42,982 nt of DNA from a virus, in the IMG/VR virus record IMGVR_UViG_3300038701_001030, positions 1 through 42,982 of that record; one strand, 5' to 3'. Position 1 is the first letter of the stretch; each line of letters opens with the position of its first letter. This document shows positions 1 to 8,439 of the stretch, piece after piece. The notes beneath the pieces are model-generated. The model did not search any database and had not been told where the DNA came from. It saw only the letters and a program-made list of their open reading frames with translations. The position numbers and the translations under genes are program-made.

Positions 1-127
1 CATGCCAATGATCGACACGGATTCAGCAGAATTCAAAGAAAAATATATTTCAATCGACGACGCAAAAGCAGCAACAGAAAGCGAAGTCGAAGGACTGAAA
101 AACAAGAATAAAGAACTACTCGGGAAG
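1..127. repeat. Terminal direct repeat copy 1 (identical to 42856..42982); circular-closure overlap
   Basis: The first 127 nt (catgccaatgatcgacacgg...ctactcgggaag) are repeated verbatim at the 3' end. The repeat begins one nt before the scaffold-gene ATG. Confidence 0.95.
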
Positions 128-676
128 AATAAAAAACTTTCTGTACAAGTGGAAAGCTACGACGGATTAGAGCCCGACGAAGTAAAAGACAAGTTGGGGC
201 AGTTAAACGAGCTTATCGAGAAAGGCGCGTCAACTGAGGAAAGCTATAAACGACTTCTTAAAGAGTCGGAAGACAACCTTAAGAAAAAACTCACTAAAGC
301 AGATACGCGAGCGGCGGCACTGGAAACAAAACTGCGCGATACGCTCGCAAGCGATGCACTGAATAAGTCGCTACTAGACGTTAAAGTCGACCCACGTTTT
401 ATGCCTGCGGCTAAAGCGTTACTGTCGGGTAAGGTCTCCGTAGATTTAGATGGAGAAGAGCATAACATTGCTATAGGCGGGGAACCGCTAGGCGATTTTG
501 TTAAAACATGGTCGCAAGGCGACGAGGGTAAACACTTTCTAGCGGCACCCGATAACTCGGGCGGCGGCGCTGGTGGTGGCGGCAGACAAACCGCAACCGG
601 TGAGGCCGGAAAATTGGACTTTAGCAAGAGTAACAGAGAACTTGCTGAACAACTTAAAGCTAGCAGAGAGGAATAA
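2..676 (+). CDS. Head scaffolding protein (candidate)
   Basis: 224 aa, Lys/Glu-rich helical sequence with a Gly tract, directly upstream of the capsid gene. Its RBS (AAGGGG, 42842-42847) lies across the circular junction. Confidence 0.6.
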   Translation: MPMIDTDSAEFKEKYISIDDAKAATESEVEGLKNKNKELLGKNKKLSVQVESYDGLEPDEVKDKLGQLNELIEKGASTEESYKRLLKESEDNLKKKLTKADTRAAALETKLRDTLASDALNKSLLDVKVDPRFMPAAKALLSGKVSVDLDGEEHNIAIGGEPLGDFVKTWSQGDEGKHFLAAPDNSGGGAGGGGRQTATGEAGKLDFSKSNRELAEQLKASREE

Positions 677-681
677 CTAAC

Positions 682-1638
682 ATGGCTTTATCAGATTTTG
701 AAATTTTTAATAAACAGGTCTACCGAGTTTCTACGGAGCTACAAGACCAAGAAGTGAACAAGTTTAACGAAGCCTCGCGCGGTGCGATTATATTGCAATC
801 CGCTGCGAACCAAGGCGACTACAGCGAGGAAGCGCACTACGCGAAAGTAGCGAATTTAATTCGCCGCCGTGACGCGTACGGCTCCGGCGCGGTGAGTGAG
901 ACTACACTCACTCACTTGCTTAACACTTCAGTTAAGGTGGGTAGTGGTACTCCGCCTGTCCGTATTGATCCAGGTATGTACAAGTGGATCCAGAAGTCGC
1001 CGGAGGAAGCAGCCGTTGTAATAGGGAAGCAGCTTGCAGAAGACTCGCTCGCGGACATGCTTAACACTTCGCTGTTAGCACTGCGCAACGCGATGGCACA
1101 AGTGGCGGCAGTCGTCCACGACGGTACGGCGGGCACAAACAGCCTCGCAGCGTTGAATACTGGCGCAAGCTTATTCGGGGATCGTGCGCAAGCACTCCAA
1201 ATCTGGGTTATGCACTCTAAGGTCGTGTTTGATATCTACGGCGCTGCAATCGCTAACGCTAACCAGTTGTTCGAGTTCGGCAACATCAAAGTAATGTCGG
1301 ACGGCATGGGGCGGCCTTTCATCGTCACTGATTCGCCTTCACTTGTGACAAGCGGGTCGCCTGACACATACCACACGCTAGGCCTCCAAGGCGGCTCGGT
1401 CGTTGTTCAGCAAAACAACGACTACACCGCGAACGTCGAGACCAAGAACGGGGACGAAAACATCATCCGATCTTGGCAAGCTGAGTGGTCGTATAACTTA
1501 GGTATGCGCGGCTTTACTTGGGACAAGGCGAACGGCGGAGCTTCTCCGACTGACGCAGCCCTTGGCACAGCCACGAACTGGGACAAGACAGTCACGTCTA
1601 ACAAAGACTTACCAGGTGTCGTAGTTAACACCCAGTAA
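682..1638 (+). CDS. Major capsid protein
   Basis: 318-aa ORF starting 5 nt after the scaffold stop and upstream of the connector genes. It is followed by a strong intrinsic terminator. The call rests on position and size; the family is not assignable by eye. Confidence 0.75.
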   Translation: MALSDFEIFNKQVYRVSTELQDQEVNKFNEASRGAIILQSAANQGDYSEEAHYAKVANLIRRRDAYGSGAVSETTLTHLLNTSVKVGSGTPPVRIDPGMYKWIQKSPEEAAVVIGKQLAEDSLADMLNTSLLALRNAMAQVAAVVHDGTAGTNSLAALNTGASLFGDRAQALQIWVMHSKVVFDIYGAAIANANQLFEFGNIKVMSDGMGRPFIVTDSPSLVTSGSPDTYHTLGLQGGSVVVQQNNDYTANVETKNGDENIIRSWQAEWSYNLGMRGFTWDKANGGASPTDAALGTATNWDKTVTSNKDLPGVVVNTQ

Positions 1639-1655
1639 TCGTAACCAGTAAGAAC

Positions 1656-1682
1656 GGGGCGGCTTTTTAGCCGCCTTTTTTA
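1656..1682 (+). terminator. Rho-independent terminator after the capsid gene
   Basis: Stem GGCGGC (1658-1663) / GCCGCC (1670-1675), 6-nt loop, followed by T6 (1676-1681). Confidence 0.8.
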
Positions 1683-1705
1683 TTGCTTAATAGGATTCTA
1701 AGAAC

Positions 1706-2041
1706 ATGAAAAACAAAAACGTTAATTTATATTTCGTGGAAGGCGTACCGACTGCGGAAGAACTAGAGAAAGCGGACAAGTTAAACGCCCGCATTAGGAA
1801 CGTGCAGTCACACCGCGACAACGGTAAGCCTGAAGCGTGCACGGATGTGTTCGGGTGTTTCCCTGACTGCTACGACAAGATAGCAAGCCCTGAAGGTAAA
1901 GCCAGTAAAAAGGCGTATTTCGACGCGAAGGCGGAAGCCAAAGCAGAACAGGAAGCTGCAGCCAAAGCAGAACAGGAAGCTGCAGCCAAAGCAGAACAGG
2001 AAGCTGCAGCGCAGTCTAAAAACAAAAACGGTAAGAAGTAA
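1706..2041 (+). CDS. Hypothetical head-associated protein with an (AKAEQEAA)x3 repeat
   Basis: 111-aa ORF between the capsid terminator and the connector gene. It has a C-terminal perfect triple repeat and a Lys-rich tail. Confidence 0.6.
   Translation: MKNKNVNLYFVEGVPTAEELEKADKLNARIRNVQSHRDNGKPEACTDVFGCFPDCYDKIASPEGKASKKAYFDAKAEAKAEQEAAAKAEQEAAAKAEQEAAAQSKNKNGKK
1937..2008 (+). repeat. Perfect 3 x 24-bp in-frame tandem repeat
   Basis: gccaaagcagaacaggaagctgca occurs at 1937-1960, 1961-1984 and 1985-2008 with no mismatch. Confidence 0.95.
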
Positions 2042-2499
2042 TGCCCGAACTAGTAGCCGGTGAAAATAGCTACTGTACGCTAGCCGAGGCAAACGACTAC
2101 CACGACTCACGGATACATACTGCTACTTGGTTTTGCACTGCGGACAGTGACAAAGAGAAAGCGTTAATCATCGCGACTCAGTTACTAGACACGTACGACT
2201 ATAACGGCTGCAAGTCTAACAGCTCGCAGTCGCTACAGTTCCCGCGCTACGACATGGGCGACCAGATACCCGACGGCACGCCCGACGCGATGAAGCACGC
2301 AGTGGCGGAACTGGCTCACAGTCTTATAACTGCGGATATCGCAGAACGCGAAGGCCGTAACGTTAAGCGCACGAAAGCCGACAGCGTAGAGGTCGAATTT
2401 TTCGGTGGTGGCGGTGGCTACAGTGTAGACCTTCCCGTAATGGTCAAGCGTTTGATTAATCGTTTTATCGTATCCGGTACTAAGTTAGTACGAGCATGA
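2041..2499 (+). CDS. Head-tail connector/adaptor (gp6-like)
   Basis: 152 aa; start overlaps the previous stop (TAATG). The N-terminal pattern SYCTLAEANDYH...W...DKEKALIIATQLLD is typical of gp6/DnaT-like head-tail connector proteins. Confidence 0.6.
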   Translation: MPELVAGENSYCTLAEANDYHDSRIHTATWFCTADSDKEKALIIATQLLDTYDYNGCKSNSSQSLQFPRYDMGDQIPDGTPDAMKHAVAELAHSLITADIAEREGRNVKRTKADSVEVEFFGGGGGYSVDLPVMVKRLINRFIVSGTKLVRA

Positions 2500-2861
2500 G
2501 CACCCGAGCGATATTAAACAGCGGCGCGAAGTTAGCATTCCGCGCAGCAGGTGACGTCATTCGCGATGTGATCTTATACGAGCGTGTAGTGGGTGACTAC
2601 GACCCCGAGACGGGAACGCGTGCCGTGACAGAAACGCAACACGCAATACAGGCGACCATAGGCAAGGTGTCTAAGTCCCGTACCAGTGGCGAGTCTATCC
2701 ATGTAAACGACGACACAGTCACCATTATACAAAGTGAACTCGGTTTCACTCCCGACGAGAACACGCAAGTTAATATTAACGGCCTACGTTTTAAAGTCGT
2801 TTCAATTGGTGAAGACACCGCCTGCGTATTGTGGCAACTAGTGGTTAGAATCGCGACATGA
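2496..2861 (+). CDS. Neck / head-closure protein (positional call)
   Basis: 121 aa, ATGA-coupled to the neighbouring genes on both sides, inside the neck gene block. Confidence 0.45.
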   Translation: MSTRAILNSGAKLAFRAAGDVIRDVILYERVVGDYDPETGTRAVTETQHAIQATIGKVSKSRTSGESIHVNDDTVTIIQSELGFTPDENTQVNINGLRFKVVSIGEDTACVLWQLVVRIAT

Positions 2862-3250
2862 TCGAGAACATAAACGAGATAAAATTAAAACTAGGCGACT
2901 TTCAGGGCGACGTAGAAGAGATACTAGATAACTCAATACGTAAAATAGCGTTGGATGTTGACCAAAATTTAGTACTAGGAACGCCGGTAGATACTGGCCG
3001 AGCTAAGGCCAACTGGCAAACCAGTATTAATATCTTAAAGAATAATCAGATAGATTGGGACAAGTCGACCGCAGGCGCAGCAGAACAACGCGCCATTCAA
3101 GAGGCGCAAACCGTGCTAGCTCAAATGCCTAAATTCCCTGTGGTGTGGATTCAGAACAATCTGGACTATATCGAACGGCTAAACGACGGCAGCAGCACGC
3201 AGGCGCCTAGCGGCTTTGTAGATACAGCAGTCGAGGCGGCGAATATATGA
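2858..3250 (+). CDS. HK97 gp10-family neck / tail-completion protein
   Basis: 130 aa carrying the LGTPVDTGRAKANW motif characteristic of the HK97 gp10 family. Confidence 0.6.
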   Translation: MIENINEIKLKLGDFQGDVEEILDNSIRKIALDVDQNLVLGTPVDTGRAKANWQTSINILKNNQIDWDKSTAGAAEQRAIQEAQTVLAQMPKFPVVWIQNNLDYIERLNDGSSTQAPSGFVDTAVEAANI

Positions 3251-3636
3251 GCTATTCAGACGAACGCCAGCATATAGAAACGCGTATCAGTGCCGCATTA
3301 GCCGGCTACGTTGTCGAGTATAACAACGCGCCGCAACAAGTCGACAAAACAGGACTATGGTGTCGCGTTACGATAAACCACGCACCGAGCGAGACCGCCG
3401 GATTAGGTCAGGGCGTTAGAACTCGCGTGAACGGCTTAATTCTAGTCCAAGTATTCGACCAAAAAGATGCAGGAACGGTGGCCAGTCTTGCCGTCGTCGA
3501 TATCTTGGTCGCAAATTTAAGACACGCAATATTTAACGGCATAACGTGCCGTAACGTAACAGTAACGCAAGGTGGCGAGGTCAACGGCGTTCATCAAATT
3601 AACCTATCAATACCATTTTACAGGTACGAGGTATAG
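3247..3636 (+). CDS. Tail terminator-like protein
   Basis: 129 aa, ATGA-coupled, immediately upstream of the tube gene. The VVEYNNAP...LWCRVTI pattern resembles DUF4128-type tail terminators. Confidence 0.5.
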   Translation: MSYSDERQHIETRISAALAGYVVEYNNAPQQVDKTGLWCRVTINHAPSETAGLGQGVRTRVNGLILVQVFDQKDAGTVASLAVVDILVANLRHAIFNGITCRNVTVTQGGEVNGVHQINLSIPFYRYEV

Positions 3637-3639
3637 ACA

Positions 3640-4557
3640 ATGTCAGATTCAAACCGCGTAAGCGTCCGTTACACCCCAGAAAGTACACTAGGCACAATGC
3701 CTACCAATGCAGACTGGGACGTGCTTGGCTATACAAGCGAGTCACTAGTGGGTAAACCTAAAACAGTCGAGTCTAAGCAGGTGCGCGACGACCGCCAAGT
3801 GTCCGACCTTATCAAAACAGGCTTGGAAGTTAACGGAGGCGTTGAATTCGAATTCAAGCCCGACAATTTAGACGACTTACTGGAAGCGGCTTTTTACAGC
3901 ACGTTTACCGGCGGGGTGCTCGAACCTGGACAGAATAAACAATCATTCTCCATCGAGAAAAAATTCGCAGATATCAGCGGTAGCAATATCATGCGTTTTC
4001 TCGGCATGGTCGCCGGATCGTTAAACCTGAGTTTTTCACACGGCGAGATTGTCACCGGTTCGGTTAGCTTTATGGGTACGGGTTATAGCCTTGAAGCCTC
4101 TCATGGCATCGGTACGGGTTCCCTACTAGATACATCCGACGAGCAAGCCTACAACGCGGCCGGCCAGCTCGGTACTATTCAGGTCGATGGTTCGAGCACT
4201 GGCTTATTCTTTAAGAAAATAGACTTGAGTGTCGATAACGGGCTACGCCCCAAGGACGCGGTCGGCAGTGACGCACCCGTCGACATTAACGCGGGTACGA
4301 TTCGAATCACAGGCACCATTGAGGCCTATTTCGATGACGTTTCGTTACTGAATGCGTTAGTTGATAATACGGACATTTCATTCAATTGGACAGTGAGCGA
4401 CGGCACAACGTCGTACACGTTCCTACTACCTAAAATCAAATTCTCTGACGGCATACCGACGGGCGAAGGCCTCGACGGGGACACGATGCAGTCACTAACG
4501 TTTACCGCGCTTTATGATGCAGGCGAGGGCACAAGCGCCCGAGTTACTAAAGCATAA
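3640..4557 (+). CDS. Major tail (tube) protein
   Basis: 305 aa in the canonical slot between the terminator-like protein and the chaperone pair. Confidence 0.65.
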   Translation: MSDSNRVSVRYTPESTLGTMPTNADWDVLGYTSESLVGKPKTVESKQVRDDRQVSDLIKTGLEVNGGVEFEFKPDNLDDLLEAAFYSTFTGGVLEPGQNKQSFSIEKKFADISGSNIMRFLGMVAGSLNLSFSHGEIVTGSVSFMGTGYSLEASHGIGTGSLLDTSDEQAYNAAGQLGTIQVDGSSTGLFFKKIDLSVDNGLRPKDAVGSDAPVDINAGTIRITGTIEAYFDDVSLLNALVDNTDISFNWTVSDGTTSYTFLLPKIKFSDGIPTGEGLDGDTMQSLTFTALYDAGEGTSARVTKA

Positions 4558-4599
4558 AGCATAAAACGCAATACCATAATCAATCCATAAGGTGGATAC

Positions 4600-5043
4600 A
4601 TGAAAATTAAAAATATACCCCGAATCGATATTAACGCTGGCGAGGCTGGTAAATGGTTCGATTACCCGAAAGCTGCGGGCGTACGTTTTAGAGTGCGCCG
4701 CGCAACAAGTGCAACGGTTCAAGATGCAAAAAAGTCGTTTATAGACCAAATCGGGGCGCGAGGCGTGCCGCTGACAAGCGAACAACTGGAACAACTCGGT
4801 ATTATTGTTTCAGTGGCCGCCCTTGCAGACTGGGAGGGCATACTCGACGAAAACGACAAGCCCATACCGCACAGTGACGACGTCGCGCGCGAGGTGTTAA
4901 GTAACCCCGAGTACGAGGAGTTGCTCACGTTTATATCCGTGTCAGCATCCGATATCGATAACTACCGCGCCGAGGCGATCGCGAAAGAAAAAAAGCCCTC
5001 GAAGCGTGGGCAGCGTGGGAAGCGGCGAACGGCCACAACTTAG
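4600..5043 (+). CDS. Tail assembly chaperone (gpG-like, unshifted product)
   Basis: 147 aa directly upstream of the tape measure gene, with a slippery heptamer near its 3' end. Confidence 0.75.
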   Translation: MKIKNIPRIDINAGEAGKWFDYPKAAGVRFRVRRATSATVQDAKKSFIDQIGARGVPLTSEQLEQLGIIVSVAALADWEGILDENDKPIPHSDDVAREVLSNPEYEELLTFISVSASDIDNYRAEAIAKEKKPSKRGQRGKRRTATT

Positions 5044-5315
5044 CGTTTTACCAAGACGTAGCGCGTGAGACGGGGCGACCGCCGCGCGCGTTACTTAGTA
5101 GGCCAGTATTGCCTTTATCTTGCGAGGACGTAGCTAACGCGTTCTGTTTACTCAACAGTTACCGACCGCACGGCGCACAAGGTGAGCCGCGACTAATCAC
5201 GCTACAAGATGTAAAAACTTATTTAGACATACACCCGACCGACGACCCCGACCGATTCGTAACCCTATTACAGGCCACTGATTTGGCATTCATAAAGGCA
5301 GCGCCCAAAAAATGA
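4600..5315 (+). CDS. Tail assembly chaperone -1 frameshift fusion (gpGT-like)
   Basis: The -1 frame is open from the slip site at 4989-4995 to the stop at 5313-5315. It reads ...KEKK/ALEAWAAWEAANGHNLAFYQDVARETGRPP...APKK, about 238 aa. The 5109..5315 ORF in the track is the tail of this frame. Confidence 0.65.
4989..4995 (+). promoter_or_regulatory. -1 programmed ribosomal frameshift heptamer A_AAA_AAG
   Basis: Zero-frame codons are GAA AAA AAG, which gives the X_XXY_YYZ form. The site sits 48 nt before the gpG-like stop. Confidence 0.7.
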
Positions 5316-7645
5316 AACAACTTGGCATACGCGTAAAGATTGACGGCAGCGGCGCTGAATCTGGCGCGCGTAAAGTCAATAAATCGCTTGACAGTATTGA
5401 AAAGCAAAGCGGTTCTACGGGTCGCAGTCTTAAAACGCTGGCAGTTCAAGCACTAGCGACGTATTCCGTTATAGGGGCTACGCGCGCTATTGTCGACGCT
5501 ACGAATAAAATGCGCGGTTATGAGGTCGCATTAAAAACGGCGACCGGATCAACCGAGAACGCGGCGTCGTCGATGGCGTTCGTACGTAGCGAAGCCGAGC
5601 GGCTAGGACTGCAAACGCTGACACTAGCGGAAACGTATACCCAGTTTGCAGGCGCAGCACGTAAAACGAACTTGGAAGGCGAAGACACCCGCCAGGTGTT
5701 CACCTCGGTATCTGAAGCCGCTGCAGTAATGCAGTTGAGCGCCCAAGATACACAAGGGGCTATGAACGCCTTAACTCAAATGTTGAGTAAAGGCAAAGTG
5801 CAGGCCGAAGAGCTGCGAGGCCAACTCGGCGAGCGTATACCAGGCGCTTTTCGCATGGCAGCCGACGCGATGGGTGTCACACAAGCCGCACTAAACGATA
5901 TGCTAGACCGTGGCGAAGTTATAGCCGACGAGTTCCTACCACGTTTTGCGGAAGTACTACGCCGTGACATGGCAGGGGGCTTGCTCGACGCGGCGAACTC
6001 CGCACAAGCCAGTTTTAACCGCTTTGAAAATGCAGTCCTAGAACTTAAAATCGCAGTTGGTGAGGGCGGTCTAGTCGACGCGCTAGCCGGTGCGGCGGAT
6101 ATGGCGACCGCGTTTATTAACCAAGTGTTGCTATCGGGTCAGATAGTAGACGACACGCGCGTATACTTCGATTTGTGGGCGGCGGTACTGTTCCAAACCG
6201 AAGACCAGTTAAACGGGGTTAAACACGCACTCGGTGAAACGGGCGATTTTCTATTGATCCTCGGCGAGCACGCCGGCCAGTTTGTTAAAAGTGCGTTTTT
6301 TGAATTTCCGGCAAACATTAAAGCAGCTATCGCGATTGGTATTGCTGAATTCGGAAAACTTGGCAATGAAATACAGTTTTTCTTTGACAAGATCGACACC
6401 GCCTCTGCCATTGCCCGCGAAAATATGATATTCGCATTTAAAGGCTACACACTGGAAGGGGAGCGACTTTTCGCGCGCTTCGTTGATATGGTGGTTGGCG
6501 ACTTCCAATCATTACTAGCACGCATAGCTAATGCGGTGGGTAAAGTACCTGGACTCGATGGCGTTGCGCAGTCGATCCGAGATAGCGCGGCCGAGCTTTC
6601 CACGTTCGGCAACAATGAGGCGCAAGTCACGCAGCAGATTAACGCAGCAACCGAAGCCCACAACAGACAGTTAGCCGCCATTGATGTACTGGCGCAAGCT
6701 GACGCAGCAAGATACGAAGCGGTCAAGAGTGCGAGCGACCAATTTATAGTAGACACGCTACGCGAACGTGACGCCGTATTAGAAAGCGCAGCGGCACAAA
6801 GTGAAGCCCTGCGGATAATACGCGAGTCTAACGCCGCGAACGACGACACCGGCACGACGGGCACAAGCTCCGGTGGTGGTGATACTGGCGGCGGTACCAG
6901 CGGCGGTAGTAAAACGCTATTAGGTGCGTTCGGTTCCCTTCAAGATCAAATAGCAACGCAGCAAGAACAAGCGGACATACTGCGTGGCGAACGACTGCGA
7001 CTAATCGACGAAGCCGAGGCCGCAGGCCTTGAAGCTATTCGACCGTGGCATGAGTTGCGCGAGCGCGTCGAAGATGAACACATCGAGCGCCTAAACGAGA
7101 TTAACGCCGAGGGTCAGAGCGAGCAATACAAACTCTGGCAGTCTGGCATGCAAGGTAAGTTGAAGGTTACTAGTAGCATCCTCGGCCAAGTTTCTAAGCT
7201 CATGGAGTCCGAAAGCCGTACCCAGTTTGAAATCGGCAAAGCGGCGGCGATCAGTCAAGCGATTATTAATACTTACCAATCGGCAACCGGTGCCTACAAC
7301 GCGATGGCAGGCATTCCGTATATCGGGCCAGCCCTTGGAGCAGCAGCGGCAGCGGCAGCAATCGCGGCCGGTATTGCTAACGTCAACGCGATTCGGTCGC
7401 AGTCCTTCGGGAGTGCGGGCAGCGCGTCCGGTTCGTCCCCAAGTACAGGCGGCGCTTCTGCAAGTGGCGGGGCTAACGCACCGAGTACCGGCGGCGTGCC
7501 TGAAGGACAAGGCGAAACACCGCAAGAATTCAGTATCACAATAGTAAACCGCCGAGAAGGCGAACGCGACGAGGCTATAAGAGTGATTAGAAACATTAGG
7601 GAACTAGCCGAAGAGGGCGAGCCTATATTATTGGAGGCGTCATAA
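5312..7645 (+). CDS. Tape measure protein
   Basis: 777 aa, the longest tail gene. It is ATGA-coupled to the chaperone T-frame stop and has an Ala/Gln/Glu-rich helical sequence with Gly/Ser tracts. Confidence 0.9.
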   Translation: MKQLGIRVKIDGSGAESGARKVNKSLDSIEKQSGSTGRSLKTLAVQALATYSVIGATRAIVDATNKMRGYEVALKTATGSTENAASSMAFVRSEAERLGLQTLTLAETYTQFAGAARKTNLEGEDTRQVFTSVSEAAAVMQLSAQDTQGAMNALTQMLSKGKVQAEELRGQLGERIPGAFRMAADAMGVTQAALNDMLDRGEVIADEFLPRFAEVLRRDMAGGLLDAANSAQASFNRFENAVLELKIAVGEGGLVDALAGAADMATAFINQVLLSGQIVDDTRVYFDLWAAVLFQTEDQLNGVKHALGETGDFLLILGEHAGQFVKSAFFEFPANIKAAIAIGIAEFGKLGNEIQFFFDKIDTASAIARENMIFAFKGYTLEGERLFARFVDMVVGDFQSLLARIANAVGKVPGLDGVAQSIRDSAAELSTFGNNEAQVTQQINAATEAHNRQLAAIDVLAQADAARYEAVKSASDQFIVDTLRERDAVLESAAAQSEALRIIRESNAANDDTGTTGTSSGGGDTGGGTSGGSKTLLGAFGSLQDQIATQQEQADILRGERLRLIDEAEAAGLEAIRPWHELRERVEDEHIERLNEINAEGQSEQYKLWQSGMQGKLKVTSSILGQVSKLMESESRTQFEIGKAAAISQAIINTYQSATGAYNAMAGIPYIGPALGAAAAAAAIAAGIANVNAIRSQSFGSAGSASGSSPSTGGASASGGANAPSTGGVPEGQGETPQEFSITIVNRREGERDEAIRVIRNIRELAEEGEPILLEAS

Positions 7646-8439
7646 TGAGCGAGGCGTTCATATGCGTTAGCAGTGACCTTGAGACCGATAACGCGGTTGT
7701 CAGTACTGACGTATCCGGCAATGGTAACGTCGACCAGGTGGCGAGCTGGAATCAGTCGCACCCGTACGTAGCGACGCCGGCAGGGTTTACCGAGGTCAAT
7801 GTCACGCTAGACACTAACAGCGGTGACAACCGTGACACGTTGATCGCATGGGGCGTAGGTATGTTAGACCAAGACACGTTGGAGTTGCGAAACGACTCAC
7901 TCAACAGCGTTGCATACTACCAGCACGACTCGGACGACAAACCGCGTGAATCCCTTGCATTAGACCTCGACCCCGCGACGTACGCGGGTAGTGAGTACCT
8001 GTTAACCTACGCGGTGGGTACGCCCCGTATCGTTCGGATGCAACACATATGGTTCGGCAATCGGATCGGCCTACCGCACGGTATATCGGTCGGATTTAAT
8101 GACCCAACTAGTGCCGTGGACATAGAAAATTATATCAGCGTAAGCCGTAACGGTTCGCCGACTTTTTACACTAAGCCGGGGGTTATACGCACTACATTAA
8201 AACTTGAGTTTCTAACCAATGATTTTATGGAAAACACGTGGCCTACGCTCCGTGACCATTTGAAGCTAGGCAAAGCGTTTTACTTATTACCCACACTAAA
8301 AACACAAAACGACTACACCTACTTAGGTGATGAAGCTAGTACACCGATACTGTGCCAAATTGACAAGCCGGTATTACCTCGATGGGTCGCGGGTAATCTG
8401 CGCAGCATCACGCTGCCTGTTCGGTGTTTCCTGCGATGA
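7645..8439 (+). CDS. Minor tail protein (distal tail protein position)
   Basis: 264 aa, TAATG-coupled to the tape measure stop. Confidence 0.5.
   Translation: MSEAFICVSSDLETDNAVVSTDVSGNGNVDQVASWNQSHPYVATPAGFTEVNVTLDTNSGDNRDTLIAWGVGMLDQDTLELRNDSLNSVAYYQHDSDDKPRESLALDLDPATYAGSEYLLTYAVGTPRIVRMQHIWFGNRIGLPHGISVGFNDPTSAVDIENYISVSRNGSPTFYTKPGVIRTTLKLEFLTNDFMENTWPTLRDHLKLGKAFYLLPTLKTQNDYTYLGDEASTPILCQIDKPVLPRWVAGNLRSITLPVRCFLR

Noticed and set aside
1-127. The 127-nt end repeat as a biological direct terminal repeat or cos region.
   Set aside because: The repeat cuts through the start of the scaffold gene, and its length fits an assembler overlap. Read-level data would be needed to prove otherwise.
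244-627. Antisense ORFs nested in well-supported genes, for example 244..627, 6445..6864, 7091..7761, 13344..13829, 21452..21868, 27612..28278, 28579..29037, 29419..29946, 33220..33825, 37465..37881, 40095..40541 and 41788..42207.
   Set aside because: Each lies entirely opposite a longer gene that has recognisable motifs or tight translational coupling. Their products are Ser/Arg/Cys/Pro-rich, as expected from reading GC-balanced coding DNA backwards. None has an RBS or fits the operon structure.
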